Positions 48,997 to 63,215 are shown, counted from the stretch's first letter. The stretch: 64,000 bases of DNA from Octopus sinensis (GCF_006345805.1 NC_043011.1:1116001-1180000); one strand, 5' to 3'. Numbers and translations are program-made. Notes: generated by a model not told the origin, from the letters alone.

Positions 48997-51900
48997 GGCA
49001 TGACATTACACCAGACTCAGTGGTGTGGAATCCATTGTAGTATTCCACTAAATTTTGGTTGTATAACGGTGTTCTGTCATAAAAGGAAGATGAGACTCCA
49101 TACAATGATAAACAGAATTTATTTGGGATAGAGGTTACAAACAGTGTTTCATACAATGTAAGAAATCAAATATTAACACATTGTGGATACTTTGGACAAC
49201 ACGTAAACACTAACCAGTTGTGTGCAACAAAATTGCAAGAGTATCAGAAATGCGTGTGTGGTGTTATGTGTGAGGCTTAGACATATTCAGTTCATAGCTT
49301 GGACTTACTGTTACAAATTCATAGTAGGTGTCAACGAAGTTGGTGACACTACAGTCAATTGACTCTTAAGCTGTGACGGTAGAGTTAGTTGCTGAACAAA
49401 TCACCAAATTAATGCAGGAAAATGACAGCAGTCTGAAATCTATTAGGCAAGCATCATTAGAATGATGGTAATAAGAAGACTGCTCGGCAAACGTTATTAG
49501 GATGTCAGTAACTGCATGTGGTCTGTGACCTGAGTCAAAAGAGAGAGATCAGAGCTCCTTGGTATCCAAATGGCAAGAGAGAGAGAGAGAGAGAGACCAC
49601 TCTCCACCACCAGAATATTTAGGTGTCAACTGCGATGCCACCTGGTGGTGTTTACCAGCAAAGGGATGTAATTCAGTTATCCACGCTACCTGGTGGCATT
49701 TACCAGCAAACGGATGTAATTCAGCTATCCTGCAATGTAACTACACTCTCTTCCCTAGAAATCGCTGGGCTTGTGCCAAGATTTGAAATAGATATTAAAT
49801 ATCTCCTTTTATTGTTGTACAGAATCTTGTCTGTGTCAGATCTATATATCACTTATTTTGTGACAGTAGAGTCAGTTAAGTTTTGGAATTTACAAATTGT
49901 GCTTCCTGTATTTTTTCCTATAGGAAACATATAGCCAAACACAATCACACCAGACTAGCTAATAATTTCCTTAGCATTAATTTAATAGTTGCTCCTTAAA
50001 AAGGTATGGTTTTAATAATATTTTTTTGGTACAGTATTTATATGTGATCTATATAAAAAGATCACTAGATACTGTTTGGCCCAGTATTTGTATATAATAG
50101 GAAGGTTTAGTTGTATATTGCTAAGCCAGTAAAATCTCTCTTCAAGCATATGTTATATAATAATATATGCTTCAAAAGAGAGCTGTCCCTTATTAATGCA
50201 AAATGAAATGAAGATAAGGTAATGTGATTAAAAGAAATCCACCACTTGTAACCAATAATTAAGGTCTTAGTACAGAAAGGTTTTTTTTCATCAGCAGGAT
50301 GATCAATAAATCTTTTGCTGTAATTCACAGTGGTATATAAAATTATATTTCTTTAAAGAATCTGGATTTGTTTGATCATGCTGGTCAGGGCCAGTGCTAG
50401 GAAGTGTGGGCCCCAATTAGGGAATTGCTTCCTTTACAAAAGCTAAAAATTGATGTATTATACTTAGTCCCACCGAAAAAGCATTGAGGACTTGAAACTT
50501 CACAATTAGCCATAATGATATACTAAAAATTGAAAGCTGATGTGGAAGTTTCATTACAAGTCAAGATAATAGCTAACATATCATTTCTGAAGAGGCCTTC
50601 TAAAAACAGACTTATCTGGGTTTTTTGAACTCTTTCAAAATCATTTCAAAGTCAATGGTTTTTGTAATGTTATTTTCTATAGATAGTGTTGCCAAATTAT
50701 TTAGTTCTCTCTTGCTGATCATAAGTACGTTTTAATCAATTATAGTTTTGAAAAAGTTATTTTGCTTGATGCTACTGCTATGGGCATTGTTAAGTAAATC
50801 CTCAAAACAATAAAAACATTAGTAAATGTTTAATTTACCATAGCGTCCTCTGTCTGAGTGTGTGCATGGGGCCCACTTTGAACAAAACTGTCTAATTGGC
50901 TTAAAAATCAGCCCTGATGCTGGTGGCCACCACTGTGTCTGAGAACAAATTCATGATTCAAAAGGAGTTGGGATATGTGGGTAATTCTCTGAGCATGCAA
51001 CTAATTGGTTCGTTTGTATATTGATTGAAAGCCTAACTACTCAATCCACATTCTTGCTACCAACTTCATTCTGGATCTGCTGAAAACACATGGAAGCACA
51101 TATGCACATACAAATTTAAACTATATAATATTTCAATATTTTCAATTGAATATAGCTTTGAAATTGTTTTAGAACATCATGTTATTCAACATTTAGGAAC
51201 TGACCATTGAGAAAAACTTAAGATAATAGAAATAATATCAATGAATATTGTAATTAATATCAACAAACATAGTTCACATCTCCCAGGAAACAAACTGAAT
51301 TGAAGTGTAAGAATTACATAATTTGTATTGATCCATCATCCTTATCATCATCATCATTTCTTTGATGTCTACTTTTCCACATTTGCACAGTCAGATGAAA
51401 GTATGATGTAGCAGAGTTTTCTATAGTCTGATTCCCTTCTTGTTGCCAAGCCTCATTTGTTTCCAAATGAGATCATAATCTTCCAGTATATTGAACAACA
51501 AATGCCCTAGACATGTTTATGTGAGGAACTGGAAACAATTTGTACCATATGAATGAGCATTTTGCTTACAAAGATTGTGCAACATGTCAAAAAGTTGAAA
51601 TATGTTTTCAGGGTAAGCAAAGGACACATTCAAAGAACCCATTGTTAATAATCATGTAGATAAGGAAATAAAAACTCACTTACACAAATATGCACATAGG
51701 TATACACACACACACGCGCGCACATACACACACACGCGCGCACATACACACACACTGGGTAGATGTATTGCTACAAACAATGTCTGCTTTCTCTATTAAT
51801 CTTCCAGTAATTCCACACTACCTCTCATGTGTCCATAGTTTGCACTGAGTATACTATATCCACTATACATATATAGTTACTAGAAATAGGGGCCTTTCTG

Positions 51901-52312
51901 TTATAATGTATTGAAGAATAGTTTTCAATTGTATTTAGTCCCGTAATTTATCACTTCTAATGAATCAACAGATTTCACACACTCACACACACACACATGT
52001 CTATAATATAAGATTAACAGAGCATTACTTTTATGACCAGATGTGTACACCATCCTCACTCCCTTAGATCCCATGACATAATTTACTCTACCTTTGTGAA
52101 CCAATACATGGGACTCGAACATACCTCTATGTAATTGTGGATATATAGAGGTGTGGGTTCAAGTACTATGCATACAGCAAAATGTACTTTTATCCATCGA
52201 ATATCTAATATTTAAATATCTAATATTAAATATCTAACATTTAAGCATATAAATGCTTAAATATTAGATCTGGTGATCGCTTATAACCCTTAAGTTTTTA
52301 ATACATACATAC

Positions 52313-52662
52313 ATAGAATAAACAAAAATTTCCCCTCTTCCTCCATAAAGATATATTTAAATCTTTCATTCTTAGCATAAACAAAATTCAGAATAAATCA
52401 GCAAAAGACCCTCAACTATGGAATACCATTTACTATATAAAACATTCTTGGCCCCTATAAATACATGATAAATATATATATATGAAAGAAATTGTTGTAT
52501 ACAGTGCTCAGGTGCACTACAGCTCAACAGAACAACAATAAAATATACATACAAGTGAACAAATTTTTAAAAAACCTAGCCTGGATGAAAACAACATTCA
52601 CACCAATGAAAGATTTAAATATATCTTTATGGGGGAAGGGGGGAAATTTTTGTTTATTCTAT
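52313..52662. repeat. 58-bp inverted repeats (56/58) around a 234-bp spacer, MITE-like
   Basis: 52313-52370 versus 52605-52662. Confidence 0.85.
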
Positions 52663-52789
52663 TAAACCATTGCAGAATGTGCTTTTTTAAAATCATAAAT
52701 CTTTAGTAATGTTTGCTTGTTATATGCATATTTATATGGATGCATGTGTTGCAGTCAAAACCTATTTTTATTTTGTGTAGTAATATATA

Positions 52790-53900
52790 CAGGGTGTCCC
52801 AAAATTAAGGCAACTAACTTTTTACAATTCTGCCAGAGCAAAATATTGTTATATTTTGAATCTGGGCATTGCAATGGTAAAGGAAGCAAAATTATGACAT
52901 TATATATCATTTATTTGATATATGACCACCTCTGTTTGAATCACAGCCTTAAGTCTAGGTAGAAATGCTTCACATGCAGCTCTTCTTTCGGAATTGAAAC
53001 CCCTTCCTGGTGCAGTTTTGCCCTCAGAGCATCGAGCAAAGCATGAGGAGTGCTCAAGACTCTCATCTCCAAAATAGACCAAACAGAAAAATCTAATGGG
53101 TCTTACATTCTTGCCTATGAACGACAGAAAGTTTTTCTGAATCCTGTGTTGTGTTTGGAGCTGTAGGATGGTGTTGAATCCTCTTAGGGGCCCCAAGATG
53201 CGTCTTGAAAGTGCTCATTTTCCCATGGAAGCAGCTCAGCTTTCATAATGTCATTAATTTATCACTGGGTGTTAATTTTAACCCCCGAGGGCACAAAAAC
53301 GTGGCTGTCACAATCACCAAACTATAACTAACTCTGGATTTTGACGTCGATTTATGAGTCTACCCTCGATGGAGCCAGATACACCCAAAGTCGGTCATTC
53401 TGGTGGTTTACTGTTTGTTTGATGTAAAATTTGTTTTCATCAGTGAACACCAGGCTAGGAAGCATGCCTTCAGCAATCTGACGCAGAATAAGACAATTTA
53501 TCTCCAGTCTCATGACCTTATAAACTTGTGTGAGCTCAAGACAGAAAAAGAGTGAGTTCTGAGATCCTCCTTCAGTGCTCAATACATCAATGTTTGGCTT
53601 ATTTTTGCTGTGACAGCGACTTTTCTGATGTAACGACAAGTATTTCACTAAATCTTTTCTTTGGTACTTTTGATCAGCTGAGGGGTCTGCACACTTTTTT
53701 TATGGTCACGTCCAGGTCGATCAAGGACGATCAAGGTCGATCAAGGACGAATCCAGTCTCTTGAACTTCCCTGACAATTTTCCAAACTTTCGTTCAGTTA
53801 ATTTAAAGCATTTTTGCTATAGCTGTATTACCTTTTCCTCCATTCTGGAGGGTTGTGATTGTATTTCGGTCTACAGCAATTTTCTAATTTATAAATCTGA
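52790..53900 (-). mobile_element. DD37D(maT)-like mariner relic
   Basis: TA-CAGGGTGTCCC end; LVFTDENKF..QTVNHQNDR; far boundary approximate. Confidence 0.8.
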
Positions 53901-54548
53901 ATTTATTTAGTCTGAAACAAAACGAAGACATACTAATCTTTTATAAAGATGTACTTGGTTTAGAATGGGTAATCAGGAGTCACAAATTTCTTGATCGACT
54001 GATAAAATGGAGTGGCATGATTTGTAGATTCTGGTTTGATTTGGAACTTGCCTTTTTGGTGAACGGAAGCAATGTACACAAATCTGTCTGATCAGAAACA
54101 CTGCAAACTGTTTATAAGATTATTGAAGTATCAGTAAATTCGATTTGTGTGTAAATTCGATGTGTATGTGTGTGTGTGTACGTGTACTGAGCATGTTTAG
54201 ATGACCAAAGACCGCTGCTATTGCTGTGTTGTCCAAGTCTGAATTGAATTAAGGTATATTGGTAGTCAGGCAATCAACAGAACCATGATCTAAGATATAC
54301 CAAGCTTTATGGTGAATCAAATGGCATGCTGTATAAAAAGCAGCCTAGCAGTCTGGTAATGTAGCATTTTTCATCTATGTATATAGGCTCGACTAGTGAG
54401 AGCGGCAGAGTTATGTGATGGAAAAGTGAGGGCATTTATTAAAATTTGGAAGTAGATGACATTGGGGGATGTGAAGGCATTGAAAACACTCTGGTGATAG
54501 TGCTTACCTAACAGGAACATGTGTGCTGAGTGCAATGTCACAGATATA

Positions 54549-54972
54549 GGTGCAGGAGTGGCTGTGTGGTAAGTAGCTTGTTTACCAACCACATGGTTCC
54601 GGGTTCAGTCCCACTGCGTGACACCTTGGGCAAGTGTCTTCTACTATAGCCTCAAGCTGACCATAGCCTTGTGAGTGGATTTGGTAGACAGAAACTGAAA
54701 GAAGCCCGTCATATATATGTATATATATATATATATATGCGTGTGTGTGTTTGTGTGTCTGTGTTTGTCCCCCTAGCATTGCTTGACAACCGATGCTGGT
54801 GTGTTTATGTCCCCGTTACTTAGCGGTTCGGCAAAAGAGACCGATAGAATAAGTACTGGACTTACAAAAAGGAAAAAGTCCCGGGGTTGAGTTGCTCGAT
54901 TAAAGGCGGTGCTCCAGCATGGCCACAGTCAAATGACTGAAACAAGTAAAAGAGAGTAAAAGAGAAAGAGAG
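54549..54972 (+). mobile_element. SINE family A
   Basis: Full-length match. Confidence 0.9.
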
Positions 54973-55005
54973 TATATATGGGCAACTTTCTGGTATAGAA
55001 AAATA

Positions 55006-56277
55006 CAAGCAGGTACCCAAAAGTAACTGGAAACATTCTTTATGGGGCAAGCCCATTCTAGTTCAGGCTTCTGCTAGAAGCCAATTGATGCAACCCTCAG
55101 GCATCAGCCTGCTGACTGACGTGATTGGATAATGTCATACTGACACGTAATGCATCTTTATTTGGAAGTGCTTCTCCCCTGTGTGTTGATTTTTGTGATG
55201 GCTGGAAGGAAGGGATAGTGTGCTTCCATGAAATTCTGTTTCCTGCTGAGGAAAGCAGTGACCAAAACAGTTTCACATGCTTCGAACAGCTTATTAGGAT
55301 GTTGCCATGAACAAAACATAAGTTTATGATTAGTTTTCACACTTTAGGAATCGTCACTTGTCACTTGAAGACCAACTTCATTTAGGATGACTGTCGACCT
55401 CTCATATGAATGGAAACATCACGAAAATTCATGAACTAATCTTGGATGTCCATCACCAAACAATTGACAAACTTGTTGGTATGACTGATGTGTCCTGGAG
55501 CTCCTACTAACGAATTTTGAGAGGGGAGTTGCGAGTGAAAAGAATGCAGCAAAATTTGTGCCTCATTTGCTCGTGGAAGATCAAAAGCAGCCGTGACTGA
55601 ATGCATGTCATGAACTGAAAGAACAGTTCGAATTTGATCCAAGCCTGTTTTTGAAGGTCAACACTGGTGACAAAAGCTGGTGCTTTGGCTACGAACTGGA
55701 AACGATGCCCCCACCCAAAAGTATATTAAATGGAGTCCAATGTCAAAACGATGCTGATTTGTTTTATCATTGTGAAAGGAATTGTCCACACAGAATTTGT
55801 CCCTCCTGGTCAAACTGTTAACCAAACATTTTACTTGGCAGTTCTGAAGTGTTTGCAAGACACAGTGAGCTGAAATGCTTGACCAGTGGCAAAGTTGAGA
55901 GTGGTGGTTCTGTGACAATACACCTGCATACACCGTCTTGAGTGTGGAACAGTTTTTGACTGAAAATGGCATAACCCCACTTACTCACCCTCATTATTCA
56001 CCCAACCTTGCCCCCTGCAACTCTCTTTTATTCCCTATATGAAAAATGTCTGAAAAGGAAAACATTTTGCTGATGTAGAAGAGGTGAAGAAAACGATGGA
56101 GTCATTAAAAGACATCATTTTGCAAGAGTTTCAGGACTGCTTCAAACAGTGGAAAATGTATCTGGACTGATGCATTACTTCAAATGGAGAATATTTTGAA
56201 GGCAATAAAAGTGTAAACATGTAAAACTAAGGAAATAAAATATAGCAAAATTTTGGTTTCCTTTGGTTACTCCCTTG
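55006..56277 (+). mobile_element. Degenerate full-length mariner (DD34D)
   Basis: Diverged TIRs (CAAGCAGGTACCCAAAAGTAAC / GGTTACTCCCTTG-TA); TGDKSW, PHYSPNLAP-like motifs on + strand. Confidence 0.8.
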
Positions 56278-56654
56278 TATGCCTTATATGGTGAGTTCTT
56301 AAAAGGAAGTTTTGTTTGCTAAATGTCATGTTGACTATGTAAGGAATGTATGAGTTACCATGAAAGGTTAACACAGGTGCATGTTGGCATAAACATTAAG
56401 GATATATCTGTTTCTTGAGAGCTGTATTATTTATTTAGTGCCTTTGTACATAAATTCACACACACACACACACATACACGTGTGTGTACGTGAACCCAGT
56501 TTGCTTACATGTTCGATAGCTTTCGCTTATTGGGGTGGGGTGTATTGTTTCTACATCTGGATGATCATGAAGTAGGTGTGAAGCATTTCTTTTGTACAAG
56601 ACAAACAGGAAATGATGTGAAACAGAAGAGACTGAGGAAACTTGTAATAATCTG

Positions 56655-57089
56655 GGATCTTCTCGGTTTGAATGGCAGTTTTTTCTAGCAATGTCATATG
56701 AAATTGTCACTCATAATTATGACCCTAGTATCGATCTATTGCATTTCAATCTGTTTTAGGGTTAGGTTTAGTTAGGGTTGGTTAGGGTTAGGGGTGGGGG
56801 GAAGGGTATCTTTTTTCTTCAGAAATGTAAATAAACCCAATCTGTTTCTTAAATGAGGGACATATTCATACGGCACAGAATGTTTTCACCTCAAAAACTC
56901 GTCATTGATTGGTTGAAATTGCCAAAATTGAAGAAAATATTTTACAAATATTTTACAAACTATAGAATTTTCCCAATAAAGCCAAGAGAAAAAGATGTTT
57001 TATAAACATATTCTACCAGTATACGAAGTTTAAAATTTTTTAGTTACCTAGAAATTGTTTAAAAACTGCCGTTCAAACCGAAAAGATCC
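56655..57089. mobile_element. Merlin-like MITE, copy 3
   Basis: Same TIRs; TSD ATAATCTG. Confidence 0.9.
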
Positions 57090-57774
57090 ATAATCTGTAT
57101 CAGCCAATACATTTTGCTACTGTGAGGAACAGGAGACATTGAATAGTGATATTAGAGAATTAATATTCTGAGGGGTCAATTACTTAGGTAAGATCTGAAC
57201 TTTAAGATCTTGTGCTCCAATAGTTCAAACTCTAACCATGCAGCCATTATACTCCTTTACTAACGACTATGTATTTCAATACAGATAATTTATAATAGTG
57301 GATTGAAACTCTCCTAGTATACTATTGCTAGCTGTTTTATCAATCATTGGATTGAATTCAAAATTGGTCTCGTCAGCATTTGGACTATGAATATAAAGAC
57401 AATATAACCAAGTACCCAAACATCTCTGCTAACTTGCTATCCTTTTCTATTTTAAATAGTAATGCTTACAGTTACAAAGTAATGTGAAACAAGTTTATTA
57501 GTTAGACACTCTGACATAAAAGCCATCTAATTTTGATCCTAGCTGCTTTATGTTTAACAATCTAATTTCGATGGCAATTGAAGAAATTTTCCTGGCAGAC
57601 ATTTCATGGCAGACATTAGCCATTTTAAGTTTGAAATAAATTGTCTTGGAATTATAACATATATTACTGGAGGAATCAAATAAATTGATAAGAATATTCT
57701 TAAGTGAGAACATATATCTCAAAATTTGTATGATAGATAAAAATAGTTGCTTGACTATCTTGATAGTATTTTCT

Positions 57775-58114
57775 CATTTTACTTGTTTCAATCATTAGAC
57801 TGCAACCATGTTGAGGCATAACCTTGAAGAATTTTAGTTGAAGGAATCAACCCCAGTTCTTTTGTATTTTTTTAAGCTTGATACTTATTTTATTGGTCTC
57901 CTTTGCTGAACTGCTAAGATACAGGAATGTAAACATACCAACACCAGCTGTCAAGCAGTGGCAGCACGTGCATGCGTGCACACACACACACACACACGCA
58001 TGCACACACGCATACATACACACACGCACGCACACATACACACACACACGCATGCATGCACGCATACACACACACGCAGGCATACACACACACATGCACG
58101 CATACACACACACG

Positions 58115-58149
<35 letters not shown>

Positions 58150-58300
58150 GCACACACACCAGGCTCTTTTCAGTTTCCGTTTACCACGTCCACTCACAAG
58201 GGCTTTGGCTATAATAGAAAACACTTGCCCAAGGTGCCTCACAATGGGACTGAACCCCAAACTGTGTGATTGGGAAGTAAGTTTCTTACCACAACAGTTG
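57775..58300 (-). mobile_element. Old SINE family A-like copy with expanded CA/CG microsatellite
   Basis: Diverged head and tail around about 200 bp of (CA)n-like repeat. Confidence 0.75.
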
Positions 58301-58480
58301 TACCTGCATCTATATGTTGGAGAATTACTGGAAACGTGCTTTTTAATGTAGTACATATCAACAAATATCATTTTACCCGAGTCCTTTCCATTACTTGCAA
58401 TTCTGTGGCTGATGACACCAAAATTACAAAGTTAACAAAACATTGACAAATTATGCAAGTAAACCATATTTTCATATGGT

Positions 58481-58716
58481 CTCATCAGGCGAGTTGGCAG
58501 AAACGTTAGCACGCCAGGCGAAATGCGTAGCCGTATTTCGTCTGCTGTTATGTTCTGGGTTCAAATTCCGCCGAGGTCGACTTTGCCTTTCATCCTTTCG
58601 GGGTCGATAAATTAAGTACCAGTTATGCACTGGGGTCGATGTAATCAATTTAATCCGTTCGTCTGTCCTTGCTTGTCCCCTCTGTGTTTACCCCCTTGTG
58701 GGCAGTAAAGAAATAT
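58481..58716 (+). mobile_element. SINE family C
   Basis: 15-bp TSD ATATTTTCATATGGT at 58466-58480 and 58717-58731. Confidence 0.92.
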
Positions 58717-59287
58717 ATATTTTCATATGGTACTTATTTTACTGTTTAGTAGACTGAGATGGTGTGAGTTCGGTCTCATGACTTTGGAGCCAACTCCAAG
58801 CTGGAAATGAGATTTTGGTCCTTATCATATCAGATATCAGTAGCTGTTTGACATGGCTCTATAAATCTTTCAGCTTTTTATGCATAACTGTATAATTTGA
58901 AAACCTTGATATGCTATTTATTATCTGTCTGTTAATATCTGTAACTATGATAGCATATGAAAAAAAAAAAAATCTATCACAAACATTAAGGGAAAGCTGA
59001 AGGGAATAGCAATAGGTTGGACATGTGCTGTTGACTGGTTCTAGATTTACACTTCAGAAATGGCATTCAACACTATTAGGACAACAAAGACATGAGAAGG
59101 CTTAATGCTATGTCCAAGGGAACACTTTTGGAGAAAACTGAAAAATTTGTCAATAGAATAAATAACAATTCCAGGGCTACTCCACATTTTGCAAGAGGAA
59201 ACAATAAATTGTATTGACTGCTGTACTTATTTTATCAGTCATTTAAGGATGACAGGTAAAGCTGACTTTAGTGAAATTAAACTCAGA

Positions 59288-59296
<9 letters not shown>

Positions 59297-59337
<41 letters not shown>

Positions 59338-59497
59338 CATTGTGTACAGTGCTCAGGTGCACTACAACTCATCTAAAGTGTATATATAATCAGGTGTAGT
59401 TTCGACGGATTTCGGAAAGCATGAGGGCCTTAAAGGATGCAGTGTTATGGCAGTCAACAACTGACGCAGGCAGTTTATTCCATGCTTCAGCAAAATA
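59297..59497 (-). mobile_element. CR1 LINE 3' end with (TTA)n tail
   Basis: EAWNKLPASVV...SFK (WNxLP motif), followed by the (TTA)n tail on - strand. Confidence 0.75.
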
Positions 59498-60309
59498 TAT
59501 AGCAATGTAGCTAAATACAATCAAAGTATTTTGTCCACCATACAATCAAATCTGCTAATCCACCCCACTTGGTAATAAATAATATAATTTGTGTAATATA
59601 GGTATATAATACAGTGTACATCATATGAAAATCTTTCCTTCATTGAAATTTAAAAACAAAAATCAGTTTCCTGTATTTCTATGAAAAATACTTTAGTGAT
59701 ATCTGCTCTTTGTTCTCTCTTTCTCTGTCACTCACTTGCTTCCTCTCTCTCTCTCTCTCTGTATATATATATATATATATGTGTGTGTGTGAAATAGAGA
59801 GAGAGAGAAGGAGAGATAACTGTGTGTGTGTAAGTATGGGTATGGAAAGAGAGTCAGTAAAGAAGTAATATATTTGATATGCACAGCTGACGATGTGTAA
59901 ACTGTGATACACTACATGACTATGAAACCTTCAATAATTATTTCTTTCAACAAATTCTTTAATGGATAGTGCTACCATTAAAACCATTTCTATTTACTTT
60001 TGTTTTGCATTTATATTGATTTCTTCTCACCATTTTCAATAGGTGTTTGGTAATATAATTGGTTACTTTAACCTCAGTATATTAATTTGTAATTTTTCTC
60101 ATACGTCTCAGGGGTTAAATGGGCCAGATTTTACTCTGCAATGATTAAAGGTGGTAACTTTTCTCCCAGATAAAATGCCAGTCTCTTACATTTAACTTTC
60201 TCATATGGGAAGCTGTAATCAAATCTATCCACAAACAAATCACTCATCAGTTTTACTCTGCTGCTGTTGCTACTACATACAGTGGTGAACTACTCCACAC
60301 TGAGCAACC

Positions 60310-60698
60310 GTGGAGGCGCAATGGCCCAGTGGTTAGGGCAGTGGACTCACGGTCGTAGGATCGTGGTTTCGATTCCCAGACCGGGTGTTGTGAGTGTTTA
60401 TTGAGCGAAAACACCTAAAGCTCCACGAGGCTCCGGCAGGGATGGTGGTGATCCCTGCTGTACTCTTTCATCACAACTTTCTCTCACTCTTACTTCCTGT
60501 TTCTGTTGTACCTGTATTTCAAGGGGCCGGCCTTGTCACTCTCTGTGTCATGCTGAATATCCCCGAGAACTACGTTAAGGGTACACGTGTCTGTGGAGTG
60601 CTCAGCCACTTACACGTTAATTTCACGAGCAGGCTGTTTCGTTGATCGGATCAACTGGAACCCTCGTCGTCATAACCGACAGAGTGCTTCCATCCATC
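60310..60698 (+). mobile_element. SINE family D
   Basis: tRNA-like head GGAGGCGCAATGGCCCAGTGG; TSD CACTGAGCAACC at 60298-60309 and 60699-60710. Confidence 0.9.
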
Positions 60699-63215
60699 CA
60701 CTGAGCAACCTACTTTTATATAAGTAGACTAAGTCAGTAGAAGCTATGTGTCTGGCCCATAAGTGCACTCCAGTTCAGGCTATTTGCAACTAATTTCTAG
60801 CAATTATTTTCTTAGCCTTAGAGAAAAGCCAAACCAACTCCAGGAAAATTCTATTTCAGGATATGGAAATGCTAGATTAATTACTGATCCTCAATGAAAC
60901 AATACAATACTGAAATGGAAACAATTGATTGTATTTACTTCAGTATCAGACTAGTACTTATCTTATACAACCTGGAAAAATGAAAACCTAAAGTTGACTT
61001 TGTTGAAACTCAAACACAGAATATAAAGGAATGCAACTAAATACTACAAAAAATTTGTTTGGCACTTTACCAATTCTTCCAATCCATTCTTTTGTTTTTA
61101 ATGTTACAAAAGTCTTTCATAAAATATTGCTTCTTGTAGATCAGTCACTTTCAAGAATTTCTATGATTTATTACCATATGATAATATTGAATGATTTAAG
61201 CCAATCATTTTTAATATCATTTCCACACCCATGTCTATTACTGTTGGTGCATTTTTGTTCAATTCCCAGATATTACATTTATATTCAAAATGTTTTCTCA
61301 TTTCTTTACACTCCACTTCTAATTTATCACATATTTTATTACCATATTTTCTTTTCTGCTATCAATCTTTATAATTTGAAAGAGTTTGTATATTTTGTTA
61401 CTTTTACTTTTGCAAACCTGTTCGTATAGATATTTCATATGTATACCAGCACCAATGTCTGGACTGATTTTCAGTGTGTTATTACTTTGTATTTTTATTA
61501 CTAAGATTCATTTAAGTTGCTGTTATTATCATGACACTTTTGCTGTCATTGTGCTGTCAGTTGCAAAATATTCTTATAAAACAAACAATTGAAACCAAGA
61601 TATTTGTAATTTTGTGACAATTTGTAACAGACTTATATTTTAGGAGAAGAGGGAAAAAGATATTGACATCCTAAAGCTAAATATGTTTACTTTAATCGGG
61701 AATCAAAACAAGACTATTATCTTACTGCATAGGTAATATGCCTCATGCCATTGTGCAATTTCTGTAAACTATACGTGTGACATTCAAAATGCAGTGTAAC
61801 TAACCATATCAAATGAACAGGAAAGGAGTTGCATAACATGCTATGATAAAATTTCAATCAAGCATAAAATATTGCATGTTATATCATTCATGACGAAAGT
61901 ATCATGGTATGTAAGGCTACAAAGTGTTAAATATCAAACCCCTGTCCTGAGATATATGCCCAAAAGAAAATCTCCAAAAGAAACCATGCATGTATCAGCA
62001 TCAAAGGAGAATTCTTGCTTATAACCCCAGTATCTTTTGCTCAGCTACTAGAGGAAACCTACAGCATTGTTTTTGCCATTGAAAAATAATTGCAATTTTC
62101 CAAGAGTGTGTTACTAGTAACTTGCAAAAGCTAGACATGCTTAAAACTCTTGCAAGCAAGCTTTGTGATTATGTACACCCACCCTCTAAAAGAGATTCAT
62201 AGAAGTTAGTGTTTGAACAAATGCTCATTCATACTCACAATTGTCAGAAGCTGAGAACACTGACATTGTACATTCTTGGTTCTGAGTTCAAATACCTTCA
62301 AAACAGATTCTCAAATGTCCAAGTCTATAGTTAAGTCCCAAGCATGTGTATTATTGAAAACTTAGAATTAGTCCCAAAGTGTTTAGCCATTTTCCCTGAA
62401 AATATCACAGTTAACTGATTTGATCAACCAGTAGTTATATTGTTAATGGTTTGTTCCTTGTAGCTACCACTATTTTTTGTCCTTTGTTCAAGAAGGAAGT
62501 ATTTGCTCATGACCTATTTACAGAGCCTCTAAAATTAGTGAGAAAGAAAGATAAAAAGGTATCTTTACATTACAACAGAGATCTTTTTACTTTGCATTTA
62601 CCAGATACACAGCAATTCATTAAACTCTTCTGAGAGTTTTGTTTAAATAATTATAGAAGTAAGCCAGCACCAACCTTAATGTCTATATCTTGCTTGTTAT
62701 TAAAAAGAAGCTTATGCTTAGCATGAAACATTAAAGGTAAGCAAGGTACCAGGTGGGAGTTAGCACTATCACTTTAGCACCTTGGATGCCTTCTGAAAAA
62801 GTGGTAACAAATTAAGTCTACCACTCAAGAACTAGATAAAAATTCATAGCTATCACCATAAATTTAAAGAAAATTAATTTGTAGCTGTTTTAAATGAAAA
62901 TTTGAAATTATAAAGAAAAATATTGAAGATAAATCATCTTCAATATTTTTCTTCAAAAGGAAATGTTTTATTTGATAATATTTGCATTTTGAGAAATTAC
63001 AAAGAATCTTATAAATTAACTCAACTGAGTCTGAGGGCTGAAGTCTGTTTTATATTTTCCATGACAGCATGAATAAGATGAATTTTATTTAAACAGTTGT
63101 CCTTTTTTACAAACTGATGACTTTTACACTAATGATTTCACAGAAATATATCTGAAAAATATTTGTCTTCATAGTTAAAATTATTCTTTAACATAAATTC
63201 CTTTTTAATAACAGT

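Noticed and set aside
58460-58490. CTGATGAGACCATATGAAA on the - strand
   Set aside because: No stem II is possible; the motif is created by the SINE/TSD junction.
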